Of a stretch of DNA of 64,000 nt, positions 39,445 to 51,593 are shown in pieces (position 1 is the stretch's first letter; each line of letters opens with the position of its first letter). Below the pieces are notes generated by a model. That model did no database searches, was not told where the DNA came from, and worked only from the letters and a program-made list of their open reading frames with translations. A program made the translations under genes and the position numbers. The stretch is from Rhizodiscina lignyota (Eukaryota): positions 2,418,001 through 2,482,000 of the forward strand of contig ML978121.1 in NCBI GenBank assembly GCA_010015805.1, given 5' to 3'.

Positions 39445-40229
39445 GAAAGTGTTCCAATATCAGGAACTACATGTAATTTCTTGATGCTGGAATGATACCA
39501 CGAGCACACCACGAGCGGGAGCGGAGTGAAGGCCATTTGAAGTTGGGGCAGGCCGCACAGACATTGGCATAAAGCCAGTCTGTCATTCGCGTACAGATGT
39601 TCGATACAAGGCTCCTCAAAACTCGATAGGAACGAGTTTCTTGTGGCCTCGATGCTGAGTGCGCATCAGTTCATAGGACGCGGCTGCGAAGCCAGTCAAG
39701 CGTCCCGAACTCTTGGGAAGAGTTCTGGGCTGTAAAAATGCACGGCGTGGCAGCGCCAAGCCCAGTGACATCTCCGCACAAATTTAGCAATCCGCCAGCA
39801 TTGTGCCATAAAGCATCCCAACGTAATTTAATACGTCTGTGAGCCTTTCCTGTGACGACGTGGCCTATTGCATCAGACATGCATTTGAATACCTAGATTG
39901 TTCTGGATGCCGTGTCTCGTCCTTCATCCAGGACAGTTTCACAAACTCGTCAACGCCATCACTGGCTTTCTCTCTAAATATTTGAAATTTTCACGTATTA
40001 TTCAATTTTCTAATAGCATCGTAGACTTTGGAGTACGTACACATGGGTTGTTCTGGTCGCGATGACATCCACACCCCTGCCCTGACTGATCCCCTCAACT
40101 TCAAGGCCATAGATTCGTCAGTGACTTCTGAACTCTTTGTCTATATATTTGGTCCGTTTTCCTTGCGTTTCCAATATTCGAAGTACTCAAGTCCTGACGG
40201 GTTTCATTGCCAATTGACAAGCTCTCAAA

Positions 40230-40513
40230 ATGAAATTTCTTACTTCTCTTCTGCTGCTAGCTGTTGCCGTAGCAGCCAACCCTCTCATTTTTGATGCTAG
40301 ATCGCCACAAGGAGGGGCCGGCGGCGGAGGTGGTGGTGGTGGAGGCACAGGAGGAGGGAAAGGAGGAACGGGAGGAGTAAGTCCTATGTGCAAACACTGA
40401 ATAACTGAACTGTGTTAATTTGGCCCACTGAATTTTAGGGAGGCGGAGGCAAAGACGGCAATGAAGGCATAACAGTCACGGCAACTCCGCTTCCTTTGCC
40501 AACTGCGGTTTAA
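40230..40513 (+). CDS. Small secreted glycine-rich peptide (73 aa), 2 exons; absent from the ORF track
   Basis: Exon 40230-40376, intron 40377-40438 (gtaagt...ttttag), exon 40439-40513: MKFLTSLLLLAVAVAANPLIFDARSPQGGAGGGGGGGGGTGGGKGGTGG|GGGGKDGNEGITVTATPLPLPTAV. Confidence 0.75.
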
Positions 40514-40819
40514 GCGGTCATCGCATCGAGTGCTGATGGTGGAAATCCGACCTTCTGGAGAGCATGGTGCACCCGCGGCCTGGCTGGACCCTTTCCTGTC
40601 GACAACATTACTCTCTTGAGATTGAAACATCTCTGTCAGCAGAGAGGCCAGACGGGTTATGAGAACTGTCTTTCTTCATGGAACGCACAAGGACGGAAAA
40701 AGCCGCATTCATATCGGTCAGCGTGCCATTAATCGGAGGGCGTTCTTGGATTCTATATGAAGTACTGCCTTAATGATCCATCTATCCAAAATACGAGAGT
40801 CTATACTTCTCCGTGCACT

Positions 40820-41689
40820 CTACTCCGTCTCTGTCGGAAGAGCCATGCCAATCCATATTGCAGGATCGTCAATGTCGTGCTTTTGATAACTTGAAATCAT
40901 TCAGTTTCCATTCAAGCTTTAAGAAGCCTGAGGACTTACCTGAGGACCCCAATCGCGCCTGGTGGCATCATCATGGAGAAGTCAAAGTCCATAGGATACT
41001 TCAGCCATCTTTTGGTGAATGCGCGCAAGATATGCCCGTGTGCAACGAGGACGACATCAGCCGGCTTTTCGCCATACATACAAGGCCGTTGGATGCCGTG
41101 TATCTTCTTAATCAGTGCATCTAGACGATCACTGACCTCTTGCGCACTTCTGGTAATGACGCTTAGCTCTGATCGTACTACGACAGGGAGGAGTAGTTAT
41201 TACTCTCCGCCTTCGCATCCGTCTCTCCATATATCCCAAGGGCGCTCCTGATCGAGCCCTCGTTTCTTGCGAAGTGCTCGGATCTCATCGGTCATGAGTC
41301 CCTCGTAGTCACCATAGCCCCATTCCGCGATCATTTCTTCCGTCGACACTTTGCCACTGCTGGTTAAGTTTGACGTCCCATCATCGCCGAATAGCAGCCG
41401 GAAAGTCGACTGAGCCCTCTGTCGCGGACTTATAAAGACGTGTCCGACTTTCGCTGGCTCGATAAGCTTTCCGGGACCGACGAGGCGCTTTCCTGTTCCT
41501 AAGACCTGCTTCTCTCCATCCTCCAAAAGCGGGAGATCCGTGACGCCAGTATATCGGCCATTCCTCGACCACTCGGTCTCTCCTATTGATTGATGAGATT
41601 TCCAAGTCGTCCCATCAAGAGGAAGATCGGTGATACGAACCGTGGCGCGCAATGAACACCCGTGGTGTACTAGATTCAGCCGCCGACAT
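40820..41689 (-). CDS. SHB17: Histidine phosphatase, sedoheptulose-1,7-bisphosphatase-like
   Basis: RVFIARHGETEWS...GRYTG, SPRQRA, EWGYGDYEG, WDIWRDGCEGGE and VAHGHILRAF; three introns. Confidence 0.85.
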
Positions 41690-42739
41690 GGTTTTCTTCC
41701 GACGTTTCGTCTTCTTTGTTCAACTCAAGAACAAATATTGTCACTGAGTGCTATCATCCTGTCAATGTATTTTCCGGTGATTCCACCGAGACCGATCTTG
41801 TTGCGGGCGTTTCGGACAGCCATCCAGCACGGCTGCTTTTTAAATGTGGCACCCCGTCCCAACGCCCGTCAACCGCGCGGGTCAAACGCTTACGGATGTT
41901 GATTCATCAGCTTCTATTTGCCTCAACTCCCCAGGTGCCTTTAGCCTCTATATCTTGACAACTCGATAGGTGGTCTATTAGTTCCATTCGCTCACAGACT
42001 ATCCTGAAAAATGGTGATATCGGTTCGATGTATCTGCATTCCGCATTGTTCCCGACCGCCCTTCTTGAACGTGGCCATAGCTGCAACACTTTCATTTTAT
42101 CAGTTTCCTGCAAATAGGACATCGCTATTTGGAGTGTATTCGTTTGGCTTTGGCAATAAATGGGGTATGGCAGCGTTTTTACTCGCAAAGATGACTTGAC
42201 GAGGCACCAGAGGAAGCCCCACCGACAGCCCAAAAGAAGTGTCGATATCGAGCGATCGAGCAAAGTCCTCTGACTAGATGATCATAAGAGACTGAAGGCG
42301 CTAATCTTCATTATCGCTTCCCATCGACGACGTGTACCATTACTTGCACTGAATGATGATTAGGGAAAGACAGCTTCCCCCCTGATTAGCCAGGCCCCAT
42401 CGTCTGGATATCGACCTTACCTTCACGCCAATAGTGATTCTCGGAGCTGTATGAGTAGGGAGGCGTTTTTATAGTTTACTCCCTCGCTAATTTATTTCGC
42501 ATCGGCATTCAGCTTTTGTTCTCATTTGGCGAATTCCGTCCTGTATATTGATGCATTACGTTGTTTCTTTCATGTCATTGAACAATGTCTTTGTTCACGA
42601 GCTCCGTCATGTAACATGTTCACGATCCTTACTAAGTTGCTAGTTCCACATCATGACTTTGAGTCTAAAACTTGATAAACGCTATCTTTTGCTTCCCCTT
42701 TCTTCATTCTGTCTTCTTCCAGGCTTTCTTACGTGGAGC

Positions 42740-43378
42740 ATGGGCGAGTCGTCTGTTCTGCCCTCCACAATGGCGCTTCTGCCACGAAGCATCAGAAGCA
42801 TGATCTACAGCTATCTGCCGTACGATGGTCCAGGAGCGACTGAAGAAGGCACAAGCTTAATGCAGCTTACTCTTCCCAACAAGGAGATGGTTCTCATCAG
42901 CTTCACCGGAATGCCCAATTCTAACATATTGCAGGTCTGTCGTGCTGTCCGTGCTGAGCTGATTGAGGAATTACAGGCTTTCGCTGGTGCAACCATCGTG
43001 CTCGACAAAATCTACTCCATTGGGCCTGGCCAAACAGCAGCTGACCAGCCAACCATTCTCACGTACACACGGTATCTGGAAATCACGTCCAAGCAGGAGA
43101 GCGCTCCGGACCTTGCGCGAAGCAACATTCCGCTGATCCACTATCTCTTACGATGCGTTTTTACAAATCTGACGACGCTGTTCATATCTGCAGAGAGCAA
43201 GGCGCTCGAGATATGTGAGGGCTTCCAAGCGCTTGGAATGCGCGAACTTGGTGATGAAGAGATAGATTACGATGGGAGCCCGATGGACGAAGACTTGCTG
43301 AAAATAACCATCTCGGGAACTTTCGAGGCCTTTGAGCTGATCGGGCCTCGTAAGAATGTCTTGATGATATGGGGATAA
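42740..43378 (+). CDS. Hypothetical protein (N-terminal LPRSIRSMIYSYL, F-box/2EXR-like)
   Basis: 212-codon ORF with LPxEIRxxIY-like and ILQVCRAVRAE motifs seen in fungal F-box-like orphans. Confidence 0.55.
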   Translation: MGESSVLPSTMALLPRSIRSMIYSYLPYDGPGATEEGTSLMQLTLPNKEMVLISFTGMPNSNILQVCRAVRAELIEELQAFAGATIVLDKIYSIGPGQTAADQPTILTYTRYLEITSKQESAPDLARSNIPLIHYLLRCVFTNLTTLFISAESKALEICEGFQALGMRELGDEEIDYDGSPMDEDLLKITISGTFEAFELIGPRKNVLMIWG

Positions 43379-44119
43379 TAATCACGGCCTGAGATATATT
43401 TTTTTGGGTTTTGATTGGGGCCAGGCACTGTCTCTGATTTGCATAAAAGTTAGAGGGCTCAAATAGTGTTCCTAGGACATTCAATTAGGTAAGTAAATGA
43501 ATCGGGTTATATTCGCAAAACGACGTCTCTTTCGTTGGGGTCTTTTGACCTTGAATGTGCTTCGACCTAACTGTGTCCCCGTGAGTCGTTTGGTACCAAC
43601 CAAATTTGGGTGCCCCTGTACCGCACTCCACCCTGGCCTGGCACCCGATGCTCCTGGCCTTTCCCAACCCTACCAAACTTCAACCAAATACCTAGCTATC
43701 TTCACCTCAGTAATGGAGCCGTACCCATCGCGCATCACAAGTATCTGTAACTAGAGACACGTGCTAAGTCGCAAGCTAACGAACGGCGTTGGGGTGCTTG
43801 ACGAGCGATACCCCAATCCGCAGCGCAAGTTTTGGCCCCTGGAACTGCGGTCGTGGCGGAGGAGGACGCTGTTGGCTGTGCACATTTGAGCGCCCTGTGA
43901 AGGAATGAGTAAGATTATCGCCATCAGGCTTAGCAGACCAAGTTAGCAATGTTAAAAGGCGTTAATTTTCCAAATCCCGCCTTTCTATTCCATTCAGTTG
44001 CCATCACTTCCAGTTTCAAGTATATTTCAATTCCTGCCAACTTTCATCAAATTGTCCCGATTAGAACAGTCTTTGCTCAGATCAGACTTCCTACAACCTC
44101 TCACATATCTATTTCAAAC

Positions 44120-44968
44120 ATGTTCTTTCATAAATCGTCCAAAGAGAAAGAGAAAGGGAAGGAGAGCGCGTCCAATGTCACCCCTCCGGCTCCATCCAAC
44201 GAGAAACCATCTCATTCCACACGACCGCCTCCGCGATATGCTGAAATGCACGAGCACGCCTTCCAGAGCCGTCTCGCTGTTGTAACGCTGCACATGTCCG
44301 ATAAACTACGCCTAATGGACTTCCCACCTGAGATGATCGACTTGACTCGCTCCATCATCCGCAACTTCTGGCCGCTCGGGATCCAAGAAGAGCGCCCCTA
44401 CGAAGAGTTCTATGAATTCAAAATGTGCGGGTACCCCTGGACCGGCGGGCCCTCTGGACTGTTGGCCCGGCGTCTCATGCGGTGTCTCTTCGAGGCCTTT
44501 TACAATTTCGGATGGGTACTGGCGACGTCGACGAATGTTTACATAAAGGAGAGTGCAAAAGACACTTTGATCTTCAGGCAGCAGGATCCGAAACCGGCGA
44601 AGCGCGAGTGGACGTCCATATCCTTCGCACACAGCGACTCGATTCGTGTTATCGATGCGCCGCCGGAGCTGATCCATTCAATCGAAGCCTATCTCGGTCC
44701 CGCTGTTAAGCATCTTGTAGACAACGAGATACCGGGCGTGTGGGAGGCGAAGCTACATGGAAGCCCCTTCTGGCGTACAAGCGGAGAGACGATGCTGGCG
44801 CCGAGACTGCTAATGTTCTTGACGGCGTGCCTCGAGAGGCATGGTTACACAGTGTATGCGAGTATTCAGCAGAAGACGAACCAGTCTGATCATAGAACGG
44901 AGACGGATACGTGGCATTGTTGTCGGCCGGTTGGGTGGATCCCTGGAGCGCCGGTGTATCATGCTTAA
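44120..44968 (+). CDS. Uncharacterised fungal protein with an internally duplicated domain
   Basis: Two similar units: SDKLRLMDFP...EFKMCGYPW...GWVLATS and SDSIRVIDAP...EAKLHGSPFW...GYTVYAS. Confidence 0.75.
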   Translation: MFFHKSSKEKEKGKESASNVTPPAPSNEKPSHSTRPPPRYAEMHEHAFQSRLAVVTLHMSDKLRLMDFPPEMIDLTRSIIRNFWPLGIQEERPYEEFYEFKMCGYPWTGGPSGLLARRLMRCLFEAFYNFGWVLATSTNVYIKESAKDTLIFRQQDPKPAKREWTSISFAHSDSIRVIDAPPELIHSIEAYLGPAVKHLVDNEIPGVWEAKLHGSPFWRTSGETMLAPRLLMFLTACLERHGYTVYASIQQKTNQSDHRTETDTWHCCRPVGWIPGAPVYHA

Positions 44969-45247
44969 CTTTGTTCGATCGGTATCCAGAAATGCAAGAT
45001 TCTCTAAGACTCAAGGGAAAGAAATTTGGAAAACGTACGAAGAAAATTATGGCTTTCTTCAATGTCTCCCAGAAGCTATGTCCTGAATAACTCCACGCAC
45101 CAATCATGTACACAGCACATGCTTTCCCAATATCCTACAAGGAAATTGCACTTTTGGATTCCCTCCCGCTCCCACGAAGTGATACGGAAGACCATTGTAA
45201 AACCAGCACACAAGATGGTATCATCCTCTTCCTTCTAATCATGCAAC

Positions 45248-46776
45248 TCATTGCGTCTTCTTCGCTCCTTGCGGTTTAGGTGGCTCGCTATATAGCCAGA
45301 CCGCGCAGAAGACTATCCAGCCCACAACCGTGACACCAATGCCCGCAATCCATACCCATGCACCACTAATCGCCCAACTGCGTGGGTACTCGTCATGTGC
45401 AAAGTGTCTCACTGTAACCTGGTTCTTTTCATCCACTGTCATATAAAATGGACGCTTATAGTTTACACGGAAGTTGAAGATGCCGTGTTGGTCAGGGAGG
45501 GTGAACGAAGTAGAGAAGAGGGTCGAGTTCGCGGTTTGCGAGACTGGTGTGAGAGGAAGGCGGTGGAACGGCGAAAGCATGGTGAATTCGAGCTGGAGAG
45601 CGTCGTTTTCTGGGACTTCGAAGGGAGTGAGGTGTGTGTGGGAGTATTCAGATAGCTCGATAGTGTAGGTCTGTAAGAGTATTAGCATGTTGCCCTCTCA
45701 AAGAGATGATATGAGACATACGACATCGTTCTTGATTCTATAAATCTTGGGATTCAGTTCAGATTGGCTCACGGCTGTACTGTTGGAGCCAGCCTCCCCG
45801 GTACCCTCATTCAGGTGGTGGAACAGTCGTCCGACCTTTAGCACACCGACCTCCTTGAAGGTCCACTCTGTGAGCTGCTTTGCAAATTCGCGATTCGCCG
45901 TCTTGGCATTTTGGCCCTTGCTTCTGACTTTCGCGTCGAACCATGTATCCTCAAGCATCTCCACGGAGCCCAGAACAGTGAGCCTCGCCGAGTTACGCGC
46001 CTGGATGGCGGTGACGAGAGCAATTTGCTCCCCAGAAGCGAACAGATCCTCAAGACCTTCCGAATCATCTTTGGGATTGTAGCTATAAGCGGTGCCTGGT
46101 GCACGTAGGATCGGCGCAAGAAGTGGGCTTCCATTTCCAAGCGTCTGACCGACCGCGCGAGGGACTGCAATAATGCCGTCACCCCCGAAGAAATTCTTCA
46201 CGTCCGGTCGCAGCTGTTTCGGTGATGGAAGCAGCAAAACATCATGCTTCTCCGACGCCGAATTCGAGTCGTAGTTGAAGTGGTCAACGACCAACGCATT
46301 GCGGTCGTTAGGGAGGTGGATGTCGAGTTCGAGGAGAAGGGAGCTGATTTGATTCGGTGTCGGGGAGTTTCCTGAGAGTGCGAGGAGGATATTGCCCTCT
46401 GCTTTCATGTAGTCGAGGATGAGATTCGGAGTAAGGCTTGGCCCATATGCTTTCGATGTTGGGGGAAAGAGGATGACATGGTCGTATGCCCGTTCGCCGT
46501 GTTGAAATAGTGAGAGTTTGTCATTCTTTGGCGACTCGAAAGATATTTTGAATCCTCGTGCTGTTTGAACCCTTTATTAGCATTAGATCCCTAATTGAGG
46601 ACTTGAGCTTGGGCTTGATTATTCCAAAACTGACATTCTAAATCTCCCCAGAAGCTTGAATACTGGTCTTTCGAGCCTGCATCCTCCAGAACAACCAGCA
46701 ATCGGCTCCCCGTGAAGCTCACAGCAGAGACCAAGCTCCAGAATAGAGCCAAAAACGAGAATAAAAGCCAGCGCAT
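45248..46776 (-). CDS. WBP1: Oligosaccharyltransferase beta subunit (OST48)
   Basis: Signal peptide MRWLLFSFLALFWSLVSA, RLLVVLED, QARNSAR, LEFTMLSPF, LPDQHGIFNF, C-terminal TM and KKTQ ER-retrieval signal; two introns. Confidence 0.95.
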
Positions 46777-47066
46777 TTTGTGGAATGAGCGATTGGAAAA
46801 TGCGCCAGTCCAGCACTTCTGGACACGATGGAGCTTCAAGCAACGTAGCGCCAAGACGCGCGTTTGCCGGAGTTGCGGCGAACATAAATCCGAGCTTCGA
46901 GCTTCCGTCCGACTTCAAGCTCCCACGAGAAGCAGCTTGTTGCCGGAGCTGTAGCTATTGGAAGGATTGGAATTCCGAGTTTGGGGGTAATTTGAACTCA
47001 ATTGGCGTATATGAAGCTCGATCTAACACTTATTTCTCCAGTCAAGCCTCCATCCATCTCTCCACC

Positions 47067-47361
47067 ATGTCGAACCTCCGCTTCGTCAACTCACCCCTCC
47101 GCTACCTCCGATACCACTTCCACGCCAATCCCGCAATAGCGTGGTCCATTTCAGTCGGGCTTGTGGGGCCCGTACTGATGGTCGTTGTCCCTCCAATTCG
47201 ATTACGCTACTTCAATGACGGTCCGAGAGCGAGAGTACCATCAACATATCCGCGTATGTGGTTATTCATGGCTAAGTCTTGAAAATACACAAATACTGAC
47301 TGGATGTATAGTACCTCCAGGCCCACGGAAGATACCTCAAGGCTATGATGATCCTGAATAA
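47067..47361 (+). CDS. NADH:ubiquinone oxidoreductase 9.5-kDa subunit (NI9M/NDUFA3-like)
   Basis: PLRYLRYHFHANPAIAWSISVGLVGP...VPSTYP|LPPGPRKIPQGYDD; intron about 47254-47311. Divergent from WBP1 across about 290 bp. Confidence 0.88.
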
Positions 47362-47736
47362 GAGCACATGCAAAGGTGGAAATGAATACGGAGCGTGGGA
47401 GACTGTTGAAGTGGGAAGATAGGCGTGGGCGAGACTTGCACAATTGCACATATCAAGGCGTTCTTTATGAGAGGAGATCGTCAATTCCACTACCACTGTA
47501 TATCCATCAAGGTCAAGGTCAATCTTCCTTCAGGTATCGCCTGAGAAACAAGGTTTTTCCAAGTCCCCCTAACTCCAAACTTTTGCACACCAGTTCCAAT
47601 CACGTTGTATCAATCAATCAGAAGCCAAGTCCCAGAAACCAATCAATGCAGAAAAAGACATTCTCGCCAATCTTGATCCTTTAGGAAAACAAGCGCCAGA
47701 GAAGACAGCTTTGGCTCGATGCTAACATGCCGCGGC

Positions 47737-49319
47737 TTAATGAGTGTGCTTGATGCGCTTCGGCATCGGCTCCGGCTCATCGTCGTACAGGTCTTCATTG
47801 TCGTACTCCTCCTCGTAGTACTGCATGCCCTGTATGCCTTCGTCGAATCCACCGTTGTTAGAGGGCTGGCCACCGAAAGGAGTCGTGTCACGAACGTACC
47901 AAGGCAGGTCGTGCTTGTTAACCTCGGTACAGGTCAGGTACTTGACGCCCTCCGCCTTCACGTCCAGCTGACTGTGGTTGACAAGGAGCGGCTCCACATA
48001 CTGCTTGACCCCCTCCTTCATGCACGACAGGTGGTGCGCGAAGACCTGGCCGCCTTTAACGCTCATCGGGAAGCGCTTATGGAAGGCGCCTTGATCCACA
48101 TTCGTCAGATACGCATCGCCGCCTTCGGCGATGACCTTGTAGAGCCAGAAGCCTCCGTCCTTTGCATGGCGATTCTTGTCCCCGACGAGCGCGGCCGCGT
48201 ACCAGTGCTTGAACAGAGTCACCGCGAGCCAGTTCAGAATGTCGTTGCCATAGTTCTGGCGGTTGTAGGCACGAGTGCCGTCGTCTGCACAGCGCTCCAG
48301 CTCTGGTGGATAGTGCTTGACGATATCATGCTCGATCTGAGCCTTGGCCTGGTCCAGGATGGTGTGCTTGCGCTCACACACCTCATGCGCCGCTGCAGGC
48401 AGCGATGCCTTCTCCTGGTCGCTAAGAGCGTTCCACTTGCCGACAATGTGGATCACTCCCTCGCGGAACACAATCTCGCTCTGAACACGCATGGACAAGG
48501 ATAGCCACGCCACGGGGTTGCCAGAGATGCTACGGTAGAGCGTGACACCTTGCGAGACGAGGGCGAGATCGATGGTGCGGGCGATCATGGGCACACAGCC
48601 AATATACTCTCCGACTTCAATGAGGCCAAGCACGTCGCGCAATACTTCAGTGATATCGTCAGCCGCGACGTCGAAGGTGAAGGCGTAGAGGGCGCCAAGG
48701 ACGCGGCGGTAGTGATCGTAGATTGGGTTTGGCATCTTGCCATTCTCGACATCTGGAGGGCAGCGCCTGCTATGGGGAACAGTGTGGCCCTTGTCATTGA
48801 GCTCCTAAGGAAGAGAAGGATGTCAGCGGTGTACAAACATAAAACGAGGAAAAACACGTAAGACGCGTTGCATATGTTCTTCGAACACGTTGCAAACCAG
48901 ATCGTTAACAATTTGAACAGCGACAGGTTACTGCGTCAGCAAAAGCCGCAGCGACAAGAGAGATCAACAGAGGTGAAGCAAATGCTGCACAAACTGCGTG
49001 ATGCTTCTCTGTCGATCTAGCAATGCCGACTGATCACGTTCTAGGAAAACACAGTACTCACCAGCATCTCCAGAACACCTGGACCAGTATCATCGGCCGC
49101 CGGGCGCTCGACGAGCTCGAACCTCCAACGAATGCGCTGCACGTCCTTGCCCTTCTTGGCCGGCACAGGAGTTTGATCCTCCGTGAGGCGCTCCGCGAAG
49201 AACTTGGAGCCACGACGAAGGGTCTCGGCGTGAAGCACGTAGCGCTGGCCTGCACCGAGGTTGATCGCCACGTCACCGTTTGCGAAGGTCGGGAAATCAG
49301 ATTCGGTCTGGTACGCCAT
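47737..49319 (-). CDS. BTB/POZ-domain protein, 2 exons
   Basis: FPTFANGDVAI...YVLHAETLRRGSKFF BTB-like start. Intron 49061-48805 joins it in frame to the 332-aa ORF (IFREGVIHIVG). Confidence 0.8.
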
Positions 49320-50711
49320 CTCTGTTGATTTGCAAAATAAGAGGCGTGAAGTGACTGAACCGCCAAAGAGGTTGTGGTTTGGGAAGAGGTCAAGTGTGGT
49401 GTTCCTTGTTGTTTGTTTGGAGAAGGAGGAATCCGAAGAGAAGAGGGAAGTTTTTATGCCAGCGGTGGCAAAGAGTGGGGGTTAGAGTGCGAAATTGGAG
49501 GGTGACTTTTGAGGCTTGTGTAACACTACCGAAATGAGGTTCACGTGTTAGGAGCGGGTTCGGCTGCAGGAGAAGACGGTATTAGAGCCGAATACCAGTG
49601 TCAGGTGTCGGCATAAACACGCTCGGCTCGGGGTGATCGCTTTCGTAGAACTGCGGAGAAGTGTGATGGAGCTCCCGATGGTGTTGTTAATGACGCTTGG
49701 AAACTTGGCCGGAGGGGATACTCAAACGCACTGTTTACGACTTGAAGGGCACGGTCGAAGGTGGGGAAGCACTTCAAGCTGTACGTGTTTATTCTGAAGG
49801 AGATTTCACTAAGTGAGAAGAACCATCAAACGGACTCTAGTGATGTTCGTTGTGATGCTCGAAATCTATGAGGGATCTGGCTACTTCAAGAAATCTCAGA
49901 GGCTAACCCAATATCTGGGGTTCAGTTCAGGTATCGCCAGAGTGATTTAGAGGATAGCAATTCAAGCCTTCAGCTTCTTGTTCAACAACAGAGAAGGCTA
50001 TCGTGAACCGTAGCCGAGTAGAGTCTACTCAATGCGGAGAAGTAGTACGCACCTCCCAGCCATGTTCTCATCGAAGCCGGGAATTCCACAAGGTCTTTTT
50101 ACTCAAACTAGTCCTCTAACTCGACATGATGATTCAGAAGCAGTTTAGGCTCTACGAGAGTGAATTTGAGGCTACCTCCTGGATCCTCCAATCTAGTCAT
50201 CGAATATGCATAGCATGGAACTCACTCAAATCAGCGACCGTACGCTCCATAGCCCGACTTTGGTCTAGACTGCTGCGTATACTACGACGAATCAGCAGTT
50301 ACCATATTCTGCCAAGTTCTACAAAGCTGCACACTGAAGAAGAGATAATGCATCGAGAGGAGATTTGAAATTGTGCGGAATACTGAAAGGTGGTTTGAAT
50401 ATAGTGGGAATGTCGCAGGTATTGACAGATTGGCGGCTTGACTTTAACATTAGCGCTCAATAAAGACAGCTTATAGTCAGTGCACGTTGGGGTTGAGTTT
50501 GACAAGCGTGTCATTCTGTGTGTATACACGCTATTTATGCCCTATTGTCGGGCAACAATTGCGAAGTCGTAAAGGCCACCACTCCAGAGGAGCGCGCCGA
50601 CGGGTATCATGCGTTAAAACCAAACCAGAACCCCCTTCAAGCTGTGAAACCTCCTCCCAAAAAGCCAACCAACCAACCCCCCGACATACCACCACCCCAC
50701 CCCCGCCAGCC

Positions 50712-51159
50712 TCAAAACGTCGACCATTCGTACTGGTTGCGGAACTCCGGGGTCTGCCACGGTGGCAGGGACCGCAGAGTTCCGCCCGGCTGCTGCGCGG
50801 CCTCCTCGTTCTCGTCTCGCCCTGCAGGCGGCGTCTGGGTTGCTGCGGGATCTTCTTCGGCCGCTTGCGCACCCTTGCGAAGGGCCAACAGTCTGATCTT
50901 TGCGCACACGGCGCGGACACGGGCACCGACACGGTCGAACAGGGAGCGGAGCGGCGCGGCGTAGTCGCCTAGGCAGGCGCTGAAGGCGGAACAGCCGCCT
51001 TGCTCTTCATCTTCCCCCTGCGAGTTAATAAGAGGAATCGTGTGAGGTCGGAGAGTATAACTATACAAGAGCGCGCGGGAGATCGAGCATTATGTCCCAA
51101 GGTGGGTCATCATACTCGCCGCTCTCCAGGAGCGGCGTCTCCTCCGTCGCGGACGGCAT
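50712..51159 (-). CDS. Hypothetical small protein starting MPSATEETPLL
   Basis: ATG in CAA-rich leader context. A short gtatga...gtatag intron (about 51115-51061) joins it to the GC-rich 50712-51068 frame; the branch site is weak. Confidence 0.4.
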
Positions 51160-51593
51160 GGTTTGTTCTTGTTGTGGCATTGTTTGGTGTTGGTGTTGGT
51201 GAGGTTGGAAGATGGTAGTGAAAGTGATTGAAGGAAGGAGAGTGTCGAGAGGGGAGAAGATTTAATTTAAGGAAGATTGCGGTAGTGACGTAGCCAAAAA
51301 TTGTCTGCCTGACGTCGCACGGCAGTTAGGCAAACACGATTGCGCCCGTGATGGGAGTCCACCAGACCATTTCGTGTTTCGCAATGCGGCAGAACCGGCA
51401 TGTGATTGAGCCCGCGTCCTGGAGTGCGCGCTCTGTTGCGGTGACCGTGGAGAGACGCGTGCAATGATGAAGCGATGCGGCAGGTAGAGATGGAAGCCCG
51501 AATCGAGAAATAGAAGCTCTGCTAAGACTTACCGTAGAGAGTATTGACTCTAGCAAATAGAGAGAAAATTGAAAAACAAAAAAACAAAAAAGA

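Noticed and set aside
42352..42386. ATGATGA...CTGA box C/D-like pair (similar at 4172-4208 and 60241-60303)
   Set aside because: Spacing is too short or a terminal D box is missing, and no rRNA-guide complementarity was recognised.
47719..48504. 261-aa plus-strand ORF
   Set aside because: Antisense shadow of the BTB gene on the minus strand.
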